Assembly (NCBI GenBank): GCA_964291675.2
Contig: OZ219866.1
Span: 1,536,001 to 1,600,000 of the forward strand
Reading direction: 5' to 3'
DNA length: 64,000 nucleotides
DNA from: Alphaproteobacteria bacterium
Lineage (GTDB): Bacteria > Pseudomonadota > Alphaproteobacteria > MPNO01
Shown in pieces: positions 40,420 to 49,572 of this stretch (positions are counted from its first letter, which is position 1; every line of letters begins with the position of its first letter). The notes under the pieces were generated by a model. It ran no database searches. It worked only from the letters and a program-made list of their open reading frames with translations, and was not told where the DNA came from. Both the position numbers and the translations under genes were made by a program.

Positions 40420-40610
40420 TCCAACGGTGTCCCCTCGCCGGGACGCGGTTCCCGATGATGCACGTGTTGCCCGCTGTCCGCCGAACCCAATCATTGTGTT
40501 CGAGCACGCTATTCAGATCGGCACTCGGGAATCGCCCTGGACCAGGCATGATGTTGGCGGCCGACGCGCCGACCACGGACGGAAGCAAGAGCCTGGCGAC
40601 GGACACTTCC
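40420..40610 (+). ncRNA. Putative bridge/seek RNA
   Basis: Two hairpin-split loops whose strands match the target and donor junction sequences (see findings); boundaries approximate. Confidence 0.7.
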
Positions 40611-40879
40611 GGGATCGCGAGCCCTTCTCAAGACGGGAAGCTTTTCCAATCGACCGTCCCTGATCCAGAGCCGCACGACCTCCGGGAGGTCGTGAACCAC
40701 GCCTGGGGCGATACAATCCGACCCAGGCGCCGCAGCTCGTGAACGAAAAACCGAACCGAGACGGTCTGCTGTTGAAAATCGTGCTTGACGGGAAACGCCC
40801 CATTACGGAAGCGGGCGACCCGACAGAGCGGGAGCCCTAGAAGCGTTGACCGGGGAGAAGCCTAGCGCAGTGCCGGCAA

Positions 40880-41158
40880 AAGTGCGCATTTATTGTTGTC
40901 GCCCTCGCCGCCCCCGGTTCGGGATCTCCCGGGTCTCAACGCTGCCGCATTTCCCGCAGTATCGGCCCTCGGACCAATGGATCGCCTCGAACCAGCGATC
41001 CGGCGACTCCTCGTCGGGGAACATGTCCGTGAGTTCTACGATCGAGATACCCTTGCGGTGCGCTTTTCCGGGTGCTTTCTTCGCCATGTCGGGTGTGCTT
41101 TTTGCCCCCTATTATCGTATCGGAGAACACCCGCGCTTTCAAGTTAGATATATAATTT
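40880..41158 (-). pseudogene. IS1595-family left end and N-terminal transposase fragment
   Basis: MAKKAPGKAHRKG..MFPDE..CGKCGS, homologous to the 44511 ORF; AATTATATA end motif near 41150. Confidence 0.8.
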
Positions 41159-41420
41159 ATTTCTTTTTGGGCTCGGGCTTCTTATTAGGCTCGACCTGCT
41201 TGTCTGCGGCCTCCTTGCTATTCTTGGCGTCAGCGGTCGCAGGATTGCCATCGGTTGTGGGAATGGTGGAAGTGGCGGGACTCCACGTCTTGGCGATGAC
41301 AGCTTTGCGTAAAGAGTCGTCGTGCCAATCGACGCTCCCTACACCCATTGCAAAAGCGATAATTGGAAGGATGACCATCACTAAGGCTTTTCCAATGGTG
41401 GCAACCCAATCGGGCATCAC
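41157..41420 (-). CDS. Small membrane protein
   Basis: Hydrophobic N-terminus, K/E/P-rich tail; overlaps the upstream stop. Confidence 0.45.
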   Translation of the reverse strand: MMPDWVATIGKALVMVILPIIAFAMGVGSVDWHDDSLRKAVIAKTWSPATSTIPTTDGNPATADAKNSKEAADKQVEPNKKPEPKKK

Positions 41421-41920
41421 TTGATCTCCTTCCGCATTGCTTCAATGATTTTGACCGCCGATTCGTCACCCTTTCGTCCGGCGTACCAGTAGGTGACGAT
41501 CGCTGCCGCGACAGGCAGAATAGTCAGGAAGATGTCCTTGCCAGTGGCAATATCTCCGATTGCTAGCAAGTATCCGACCACGGCGGCGCCTACGAGGAAC
41601 AGGAACCCGGCGGCGATGTAGGTCACGGCGATCCGAACCGCGCTGCGCCGGTTCTCCCGCTTCGCATTCTCAACAGCTTCGGCGTCACTCTCGTTGCTGC
41701 TATCCGCATTGGTCGCGGCGGTCGCGGTTGCCGTTGCGGCAACCGGCATTGTTTCTGACTCCGATGATTCGGCAAGCTTGGCGGGCGAAGAATCTTCCGT
41801 AGGCTTGGGCTCTTTTGCCGAGGAGGTGTCCTCACTAGGTTTCCCGTCGTTGGGGTCAGCCTTGGATTCCTGTGACGTCTCAGTTGAGACGCTCTTGTTT
41901 TCGTCCTTGTCCTCAGCCAT
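41417..41920 (-). CDS. Membrane protein with acidic low-complexity N-terminus and 2 TM helices
   Basis: RBS GGAGG; TM segments IAVTYIAAGFLFLV and FLTILPVAAAIVTYW. Confidence 0.7.
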   Translation of the reverse strand: MAEDKDENKSVSTETSQESKADPNDGKPSEDTSSAKEPKPTEDSSPAKLAESSESETMPVAATATATAATNADSSNESDAEAVENAKRENRRSAVRIAVTYIAAGFLFLVGAAVVGYLLAIGDIATGKDIFLTILPVAAAIVTYWYAGRKGDESAVKIIEAMRKEIK

Positions 41921-42074
41921 TCAGCACCTCCTAGCCTACACGGGCACGATTCCAAGGGCAGTCGCCGACAGTCGCCCTTTCCAATTCAAGCTGTTCGACA
42001 TTTACGAATCTGTCAAGTGTTTTACACACTCTTGACGTATTGAAGGTCGTTCCACATGATTTCTTTATGAAACA

Positions 42075-44103
42075 GTGCTGAGGGAATCGGCGCCCTAGGC
42101 AGTCCACCCGGCAATGGGCGGACCTACCGGGAGGTGTCAGAAGCCGGCCACACTAAACCGGGAAGGCGGCCCTCGCCGGAGGCTTAGAGTGCCAGGCTAA
42201 CTGGTGGAAGGGTAGCGGGTGAAAGTCCCGCGAAACGAAAGGAGTAGCCAACCACGTTTCTCCGCGAGCCGTGCATCGTCGGCCGTGAGGCCGGGGGTGA
42301 AGCGTCGGTAGCGGTGCATGCGGGCAGGGATATTGAGCGCCGAAAACGAGATGGTCCGAAGTGCCGAGACGTTTAAGCTCGTCGAAGGCAACATCGTCCA
42401 CACCGCAATATGGCGAGGTGTGGGGGAGCTTCGCGGCGTCGGGGACCCCATGCACGCATGTAAGCCCACCACCGGGACCTGGGAGGTCTTCACACTGCCC
42501 CGATGGTCGTATCGGGGCCGCGAAGGGAAGGAGGTATCCGAAGCCTGAGATGAACGGAGTGAAGAAGTCGGACGGGGCCATAGTACCGTCGAAGCGGGCG
42601 AACAACGGGGCGCGAGCCTCTGCGGAGTCCGTGGAGGAAAGGGCCTCGACCAAGGGGAATCCGCGAAGCGAAAGCACGCGCCGGACGCAGAGCCGGGAAA
42701 GCGTGACCCAGGCCGCCGAGCGGATACGTCAAGCTGCAACGAGGAAACCGCAGGAGAAACTGACGGCGCTCCTGCATCATGTCACGCCGGACGCGCTGCG
42801 CTGGGCCTTCCACGCGCTGAAGCGGGACGCCGCGGCGGGGGTGGACGGCATGACATGGGCCGAGTACGCGAACGGGCTGGAAGAGCGGCTGCTCGACCTG
42901 CACCGGCGCGTACAGTCCGGGGCGTATCGGGCGCCGCCGGTCCGGCGGGTAGAGATACCCAAGCCGGATGGCGGGACACGACCGCTCGGCGTCGCCGCGC
43001 TGGAGGACAAGATCGTCCAGAAGGCGGTGACGGAGATCATCCTGACGCCGATCTACGAGCCGGTCTTCCTCGGCTTCAGCTACGGGTTCCGACCGGGGCG
43101 CGGGGCGCATGACGCACTCGACGCGCTTGCTGTCGCCATCAATCGGCGGAAGGTCAACTGGGTGGTCGACTGCGACATCCAAAGGTTTTTCGATTCTGTT
43201 TCGCGGGACTGGCTCGTCCGGTTCCTTGAGCACCGGATCGGGGATCGGCGGGTGATCCGGCTGATCGCCAAGTGGCTGAAAGCCGGCGTCATGGTCGATG
43301 GCCGGTGGGAGGACACGCAGCAGGGCACGCCGCAAGGGGCGATCGTCTCAGCCACGCTGGCGAACGTGTATCTGCACTATGTCCTCGACCTCTGGTTCCA
43401 TCGCAAGTGGCGGCCCGAAAGGGCAGATGGCGATGCCATCATCGTACGCTACGCCGATGATGTGGTCGTCGGCTTCCAGCGCAAGAGGGACGCGGAACGC
43501 TTCCTGCATGCGCTTGGGGAACGGCTCGGCCAGTTCGATCTGGCCCTGCATCCGGCCAAGACCCGGCTCATCGAGTTCGGCAGGTTCGCGGAAGTGGACC
43601 GCCGGGCACGGGGGCTGGGCCGCCCGGAGACGTTCGACTTCCTGGGCTTCACGCACTATTGCAGGACGACCAGGAGCGGGCAGTTCGGGCTCGGACGCAA
43701 GCCCGTTGCAAAGCGGATGAGCCGCACCCTGAAGCGCATCGCGGAGGTTCTGCGGCGGCGCAGGCACCACGACCTCCACGAGGTCGCCCGGTGGCTGGGG
43801 CGGGTAGTCAACGGATGGCTGAACTACTACGCCGTCCCGACGAGTGCCCGCTTCCTGCGAAGCTTCACCTACATCCTGAAACGGATATGGCTGAAGGCGC
43901 TGCGCCGACGGTCGCAACGGGATCGCTTCAGCTGGCAACGGCTGCAAGCCCTGGTTGACCGATACTGGCCCAAGCCATGGATCCGACACCCGTGGCCGGG
44001 GCAGCGGTTCGACGTCAAATACCCGAGGTAGGAGCCGGATGGCTTAACGGCCACGTCCGGATCTGTGCGGGGGGCGCCGGGAAACCGGCGTCCCTACCGC
44101 GAC
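42075..44103 (+). mobile_element. Group II intron (IIB, class E-like); 5' end uncertain (42075-42190)
   Basis: Domain V/VI GAGCCGGATG..GTCCGGATCTG..CCCTACCGCGAC ending in AC at 44103; GGTGAAAGTCC in domain I. Confidence 0.88.
42550..44031 (+). CDS. ltrA: Group II intron reverse transcriptase/maturase without endonuclease domain
   Basis: PKPDG.TRPLG, SYGFRPGR, GTPQG, RYADD, FDFLGF, GWLNYY, HPWP. Confidence 0.95.
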   Translation: MNGVKKSDGAIVPSKRANNGARASAESVEERASTKGNPRSESTRRTQSRESVTQAAERIRQAATRKPQEKLTALLHHVTPDALRWAFHALKRDAAAGVDGMTWAEYANGLEERLLDLHRRVQSGAYRAPPVRRVEIPKPDGGTRPLGVAALEDKIVQKAVTEIILTPIYEPVFLGFSYGFRPGRGAHDALDALAVAINRRKVNWVVDCDIQRFFDSVSRDWLVRFLEHRIGDRRVIRLIAKWLKAGVMVDGRWEDTQQGTPQGAIVSATLANVYLHYVLDLWFHRKWRPERADGDAIIVRYADDVVVGFQRKRDAERFLHALGERLGQFDLALHPAKTRLIEFGRFAEVDRRARGLGRPETFDFLGFTHYCRTTRSGQFGLGRKPVAKRMSRTLKRIAEVLRRRRHHDLHEVARWLGRVVNGWLNYYAVPTSARFLRSFTYILKRIWLKALRRRSQRDRFSWQRLQALVDRYWPKPWIRHPWPGQRFDVKYPR

Positions 44104-44423
44104 CGCGCGGAACACGTCGTCGGCGAATTCTCTGTTGCGCTCCAACCCGCCCTGGACGCGTCAGGTGGCGTAGTGCCAGTCATGCACCACACTGGCTTCG
44201 AGATGTGGACCGACACAGCCGACATACCAGCTCGCGACGCGCGGCACCGAAGCCAGATCGGTGCGGAAGCCGGCGGGAAGGCGTAGCGGAAGCGGGTATC
44301 GTTGCCCGCCGGCGCGGCTTTCGAGCGCGGCGATGGCTTCGTACGGCGCGGCGACGACGTAGAGCGCATCCCGGCCAGTGCGCCAATTCACCGCAGCGAT
44401 GCCGCGGCTCAAATGCAGCATGT
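44104..44423 (-). pseudogene. DUF1353-family gene, middle part
   Basis: AGFRTDLASVPR..EASVVHDWHY, in-frame TGA, then REFADDVFRA up to the intron 3' end. Confidence 0.75.
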
Positions 44424-44510
44424 TTTCGCATGGGAATTATATACCTGAGTGCCTTGAAACGGGAAGGCCGAATCACCATATAGTGCCTAAGGAATTGAGG
44501 GAGTTACCCG

Positions 44511-45467
44511 TTGGCACAGAAGGCACCCGGCAAGCATCACCGCGAAGGCATGACGCTGATGCAGGCGTGCGAGATGTTCCCGGACGACGCGATGGCCGAG
44601 GCATGGTTCGCGGCCAGGCGCTGGCCTGACGGAGCGCATTGCCCGTACTGCGGATCGGTCAACATCCTGTCCGGTGCGGTGCACAAGACGATGCCCTACC
44701 GCTGCCGCGAGAAGGAATGCCGCAAGCGATTCTCCGTCCGCACCGGAACCGCGATGGAAGAGTCGAAGCTGGGCTATCGCGTATGGGCGATGGCCCTTTA
44801 CCTGTTCTCGTCCAACCTCAAGGGTGTGAGCAGCATGAATCTCCACCGCGATCTTGGCATTACGCAGAAATCGGCGTGGTTCCTCGCCCACCGCATCCGC
44901 GAGGCATGGGGCGATTTCGGCGGCATGTTTGACGGCCCGGTTGAGGCCGATGAGTGCTACATCGGCGGCAAGCGGTAGAACATGAGCAACGCCAAGCGGA
45001 AGGAACTGGCGGGCACGGGCCGCGGCGCTGTCGGCAAAACCGCCGTGGTCGGCGTGAAGGATCGCGCGACCAATCGGGTTTCCGCCCGGACGGTCGAGCA
45101 TACCACCTCTCCCTATCTGGCGGGCTTCGTCGCCGAGAAGACGAAGATGGGCGCGACCGCCTACACCGACGATGCCACCGTCTACAACGCGCTCGGCCCG
45201 TGGTTCCGGCATGAGACCGTCAACCACAGCGCCCATGAGTACGTCCGAGGGCAGGCGCATACCAATGGCATCGAGTCGTTCTGGTCCATGCTCAAGCGCG
45301 GGATCGTCGGCACGTTCCACCATCTGAGCCCGCAGCATCTAGACCGCTACGTCGGCGAATTCTCCGGTCGCCACAACGTGCGGGATCGGAACACCATTGA
45401 TCAGATGTCATCGCTGGCGCGCGGTATGGTCGGCAAGCGGCTGATGTATCGCGATCTGATCGCGTAG
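44511..45467 (+). pseudogene. IS1595 transposase with in-frame TAG at 44976-44978
   Basis: CPYCGS zinc ribbon, VEADECYIGG, YTDD, HTNGIESFWS. Confidence 0.9.
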
Positions 45468-45806
45468 CAATGCCTCCAGCGAAGATCATAGCGCTGGTTG
45501 TCTGTGCTGGATTGATTGTGGCGTTCGGCATCCGAGGGATCGCCGAGGGAGAATTTTGGACGGCCCTGCTGGCTGGCGGGTTCGCGGCTTGGTTGCTCTA
45601 CAATCTGTTCATGCCTAAGTAAAAAGACGCCCCGCTGGTTTGACGGCCAGCGCGGGACGGGTGAAGCGAAGACAGAAGCCCTCTCGGCGGAAGAACAATG
45701 CCGAAGGGGCTTCGTTATGTCCACCGAGAATCAAGTCAAAGTGGAAGTCGTCAACCAGACGAGCCGTGCTCTAGACTGTGTGGCGGTCCGTCGGCGTGGC
45801 GGCATT

Positions 45807-46052
45807 TCAGCGATGATCGTCGAGGCGGACGATGTTCACACCGTCGACGTGCACCGACTCCCCATCGTTCAGTATGATGCGAGCGTCGAGCGTCCCGCCC
45901 GTCAATCGGAACTTGCGGCCGAACACGGGCGCGAACTCGACTGATCCCCCGTCCGCGTATTCGATCCGCACGGAGAGCGGGGCGAGCGATTGATTGTCGA
46001 CCTCGACAACATCGCCCGCGCTGAGTGTCCATCCCAGATTCTTGTCGCTCAC
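45807..46052 (-). CDS. Hypothetical protein (cargo)
   Basis: RBS AAGGAGG upstream; beta-rich composition. Confidence 0.5.
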   Translation of the reverse strand: MSDKNLGWTLSAGDVVEVDNQSLAPLSVRIEYADGGSVEFAPVFGRKFRLTGGTLDARIILNDGESVHVDGVNIVRLDDHR

Positions 46053-46116
46053 GGCAAGTCCTCCTTGTCGTGGGTGTTGAGAGCCCCGCCAGTGGCCGCT
46101 GGCGGGGCTCCGTATT

Positions 46117-47670
46117 CTACTGGCGCGCCGCCCCGAACGCCGCCGTCAGGTCGGAGCGTTCAAGCGTGCCTGCCGCGCCCTCATGGGAGCGCCCAGTGAA
46201 GATGCCGGTGAGCGTACCGGCATCCCCTCCGGTCTGCCGGAACGTGTTGCCGCGCACCGCGATGGTGTAGCCGAGATCCCCGTCCAGCCATCGCGTGCCG
46301 GTGCCTGCGGCACCCGGCGCGGACCGCGCGACCCAGCTCTCCAGACTGGTGAAGTCGGCGGTGCCGGTCATCGTCGCGAGGTTGACCCCGATCGCCGCGT
46401 CCCCGGCGACCGCCTCGTCCGATGGGGTGAGCCCAAGCAATGCCCCGGTCCACGTTGCCGAGCCCGACAGTTGCCGGTTGTTGGCGAGCGTCGTGCTGGG
46501 CCGGATGCCGTAGGCCCATGGCTCGGCATAGCCGTTGCGCAGCGCGATGCCGAAGTTGGCGTGCGGGCCGTTGCCGTCGATGCGCCACGTCCGCGCATCC
46601 CACGGCCCGAAATCCTCGGGGCCATCACCTATGTCGAGACGGCTGTAGAGCGCGCGCAACGCCTCGCGATCCACTGGGAAGAGAACCGAGAGCGGCTTCG
46701 GCACGCCGTTCTGCTCGGCTTGGTGCATCGCTCCAGTGTGTTCCATGATTGTCGCGAATTGCGCCGAGACATGAGCGTCGACCCCGAGCGCGTGCAGGAG
46801 CTCATGGGCGAGCAAAGTGATGGCCTCGTGATCGCGCGGATACGAATTCGCGCCCATGTTGAACTGGATGTAGGCGTAGTGCCCCAGCGGCTAGCCCCAT
46901 GTCACGGCTGCTGATCCAGGCGGTCGCCGATAGTCGCTAGCCGGCACGAATTCCACGTCGATGGCATTGTCCCGCGCGTCGTTCGGCCCCTGGAAGCTGC
47001 CGCGGTCGCTAACCCTGTCCCGCAGGCTGGCACCCGGTGCTGGCGCGAGCACCTGAATCTTCGACCCTTCCGGCAGCGCGGCGTTCACCAACTGCACCGC
47101 ACGGATGGTTCGGTCGAGGTCGTTCGCACTTGCGGGGCCGACGACGCGCAATTGGGGTGGCCCATCGTACCGCTGCACCGTGCCCGCGATCGCTTCCGCG
47201 AGATAGGCGGAAACCACGTTGCTCCCCACGCCGTCCGGTATGCGGCCATGCCGAACCTCGACATCGCCCCGTTCTCCGACCACGGGAAGCGCGTCGGCGA
47301 GGTCGTGTTCGATCCGGGCGATGCTGTTTCCAACTGTGAAGGTGTCGAAGTAGCTCGCACCCTGGTCGACGCCGACCATCAGCCGGTTCGCGTCCTGGTA
47401 CACCGGCATCTGGCGGGCGTCGCCGGCCGCGAGGGGCGGCAATCCGTCGATGCTGTAAACGCCGTTCGGCTCGTAGGGGAACGCCAGACGCTCGACCGGG
47501 CGCGGCTCCGGTGGCGGCGGGTCAGGATCGGCCGGCCCGGTGGGCGGTGGATCTTCGGGCGGTGGCCGCATCGTGGTCACGGCGTCGCCTCCACCGCCTC
47601 CGCCACAACCAACGAGCATCAGGAAAGGGAACAGAACCACTACGCCAAGCACGCTTGCGAGCTTGCGCAT
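46117..47670 (-). pseudogene. Surface lipoprotein with HExxH motif and TbpB-like beta-barrel tail; in-frame TAG at 46891-46893
   Basis: Lipobox LVGC-GGGGGG, Pro-rich linker, HELLH, GSATWTG..AAFGA C-terminus; the two listed ORFs are in one frame. Confidence 0.7.
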
Positions 47671-47916
47671 GGTGAGTCTCGGGTGCCCCGGCCCCGGAAT
47701 TGGTGCCGGGCCGTTTGCACTATCGCGCAGAGATTGCGGAAGCCCCGCGTATTCGCCCCGGCCGGGTAGCTACTCCCTGCCGTCGAACGGGCTCTTGTAT
47801 TGAGCGGGCGACCCGACATCGGGTCTCCGCGCGATAGTGCAGGGGGAAGCGTAGGCGCTGGATTGTTGGAAATCCAGAACTTTGGTCACTATAATATGGA
47901 GAGACGGACGGAGGGC

Positions 47917-48138
47917 ATGGCTGCAATGGCGAGCAAGATCGTCACCTGCAAACTTCAACTCGACGAGGATGCGACACGGATAGCGGAAGCCGCGGCGGCA
48001 ATGCTGAAATCACAAGGGCGACCGTCCGACATCGACGCGATCGTTTCCAACGCTGTTCGCATCGCCTACGGCACCCGCGTCTCCGAGCTCGTCAAGGATG
48101 CCGGAGGAATGACGGTCAGCGATCTTGTCGGCCCCTGA
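47917..48138 (+). CDS. Small hypothetical protein (possibly RHH-like)
   Basis: TATAAT at ~47890 and GGAGG RBS precede it. Confidence 0.55.
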   Translation: MAAMASKIVTCKLQLDEDATRIAEAAAAMLKSQGRPSDIDAIVSNAVRIAYGTRVSELVKDAGGMTVSDLVGP

Positions 48139-48162
48139 ACGCGGAGAAAGACGGAGGGCGCG

Positions 48163-48336
48163 ATGTCAGAGACCAAGGGCGCGAAGCGGCGGAAGCCGCC
48201 GAGCAAGCATCAGCCGACGAAGGCCGAGATGGAAGAGGTCATCGTGATCGACGCGAGCCTCGACCAGCTCGCGAGCGCGGTGCTGGTGAGTGGGGCGAAG
48301 CGTCGGGAGCCCGAGAAGTCCGCCACCTCAAAGTGA
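48163..48336 (+). CDS. Small basic protein (57 aa)
   Basis: GGAGG RBS; decayed homolog at 49794-49987. Confidence 0.6.
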   Translation: MSETKGAKRRKPPSKHQPTKAEMEEVIVIDASLDQLASAVLVSGAKRREPEKSATSK

Positions 48337-48356
48337 TCCTCGATCGCGGGATCTTG

Positions 48357-48920
48357 ATGCCCCGTCTGATCCCGCCAGTCGTTGCCCTGGCCCTCGTGCT
48401 CGCGGCACCAGCCAGCGCGGTGGAGAAGGCCACGGAGCGTGACCGTTCCCGCTTATGGAACGACTGTAGGCCAGTGGATGTGATAGTCGTTGGTTTGTCG
48501 GATGACGCTGGAAAGATCGGACTCCGCAGGAAGACCCTTGAGACGGCGGTGCGGAGTCGTCTGCGGGGTGCCCGCATTTATGACGGCATTCCGCCTGCTA
48601 GAGAGCCACGCTGGATCGGATGGAAGGTCGACCACGTCCGCTATGGCGAGCCATTCCTCTATCTGGATGTCAATGTTGTCGGCGTCGCTTTCGGCGTTGA
48701 AGTAGGATTTCGTAGATCCGTGATGATGCTGTTGCCGGTGCCGGATGGCATGGACCCGCTTGTTGGTCCGGCGACCACATGGGCGAGCGGCAGTACAGGC
48801 ACACACGGCGGCAATTCGTCCTATGTCCTGTCAGCCGTCACCGAACTTGTGGACGAATTTATCGACGAGTACCTCCGGGTGAACTGGGACGCCTGCGAGA
48901 AACTGCCCCCGGCCCAATAA
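48357..48920 (+). CDS. Secreted hypothetical protein (paralog of 37460-37975)
   Basis: Signal peptide; LWNDCRP, ETAVRSRLRGARIY, FIDEYLRVN. Confidence 0.8.
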   Translation: MPRLIPPVVALALVLAAPASAVEKATERDRSRLWNDCRPVDVIVVGLSDDAGKIGLRRKTLETAVRSRLRGARIYDGIPPAREPRWIGWKVDHVRYGEPFLYLDVNVVGVAFGVEVGFRRSVMMLLPVPDGMDPLVGPATTWASGSTGTHGGNSSYVLSAVTELVDEFIDEYLRVNWDACEKLPPAQ

Positions 48921-48938
48921 CTTCGAAGGAGAGGACGA

Positions 48939-49184
48939 ATGGCGGAACTGTGGCTGGTCACATGCCTTGAGAGCATGGAAGAAAAGTGGACCGAAGAAGT
49001 CCGTCTCTCGAACCAAGACATGCGAACGCTTTTGCAGATGCTCCTTTGCCGAACCCTTGAGCCCCATGAAATAATCGCTGCTGTGACAGGACGGCGCGAC
49101 CATCTGCTTGAAATCCGTCAAGAGGGCAACGGCATGTACACGGCAGCCAGCACCGTGTTGCACTACACGGCTCGGAAGGTATAG
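48939..49184 (+). CDS. Hypothetical protein (cargo)
   Basis: RBS GGAGAGG; ends 7 nt before the right IR. Confidence 0.55.
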   Translation: MAELWLVTCLESMEEKWTEEVRLSNQDMRTLLQMLLCRTLEPHEIIAAVTGRRDHLLEIRQEGNGMYTAASTVLHYTARKV

Positions 49185-49213
49185 CCTCAAGGGCACTCAG
49201 GTATATAAGCCCC

Positions 49214-49268
49214 TTTCGTATCGAAGGTCGACCACGCGGATCGGCTCCGCCGGATACGCGCATGTCAT
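49214..49268 (-). pseudogene. DUF1353-family gene, N-terminus
   Basis: MTCAYPAEPIRVVDLRYE joins in frame to NMLHLSRG.. at 44423 once the transposon and one TSD copy are removed. Confidence 0.8.
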
Positions 49269-49307
49269 CGTCGGTCCCGTCCCGGGCGCGCCCGGTCCGG
49301 CGGCGGG

Positions 49308-49562
49308 CTAGGGGCGCGCCTCGCCCACCGTGAACGCGTCATCCGCCATCTCGGGGTCCATCGAGGCCGCGTGCTCTTTCCTGTAGGCCGGCCACTTGTG
49401 ATTCCAAATGTCGGTGCCCGAGACGCCGAAATCCTCGTCCGTGATGTGGCCGCTCTTGCGCAGCTCGCAGTACAGACTGGGGCCCATCTTGACGCCGACA
49501 CGGGTCGGCGCCTGTCTCGCGATATCCGGGTCGATCTGCTGGAGTTGTTGTTGGACGTTCAT
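49308..49562 (-). CDS. Hypothetical protein
   Basis: 84-aa ORF with protein-like composition. Confidence 0.5.
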   Translation of the reverse strand: MNVQQQLQQIDPDIARQAPTRVGVKMGPSLYCELRKSGHITDEDFGVSGTDIWNHKWPAYRKEHAASMDPEMADDAFTVGEARP

Positions 49563-49572
49563 GGCTTCGGAT

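Larger units (their letters stand above)
39163..40811 (+). mobile_element. IS110-family (IS1111-type) element with long right non-coding end
   Basis: 12-bp subterminal IR CCGTAATGGGGC (39168-39179) / GCCCCATTACGG (40797-40808); AG core at both junctions. Confidence 0.85.
44432..49213 (+). mobile_element. IS1595-family cargo transposon (4.8 kb)
   Basis: 22-bp IRs with 20/22 match (44432-44453, 49192-49213); 8-bp TSD TTTCGCAT/TTTCGTAT. Confidence 0.9.

Noticed and set aside
42550-44031. RT as a retron, DGR or defence RT
   Set aside because: Maturase domain X and canonical domain V/VI directly after the stop identify a group II intron; no TR/VR repeat pair was seen.
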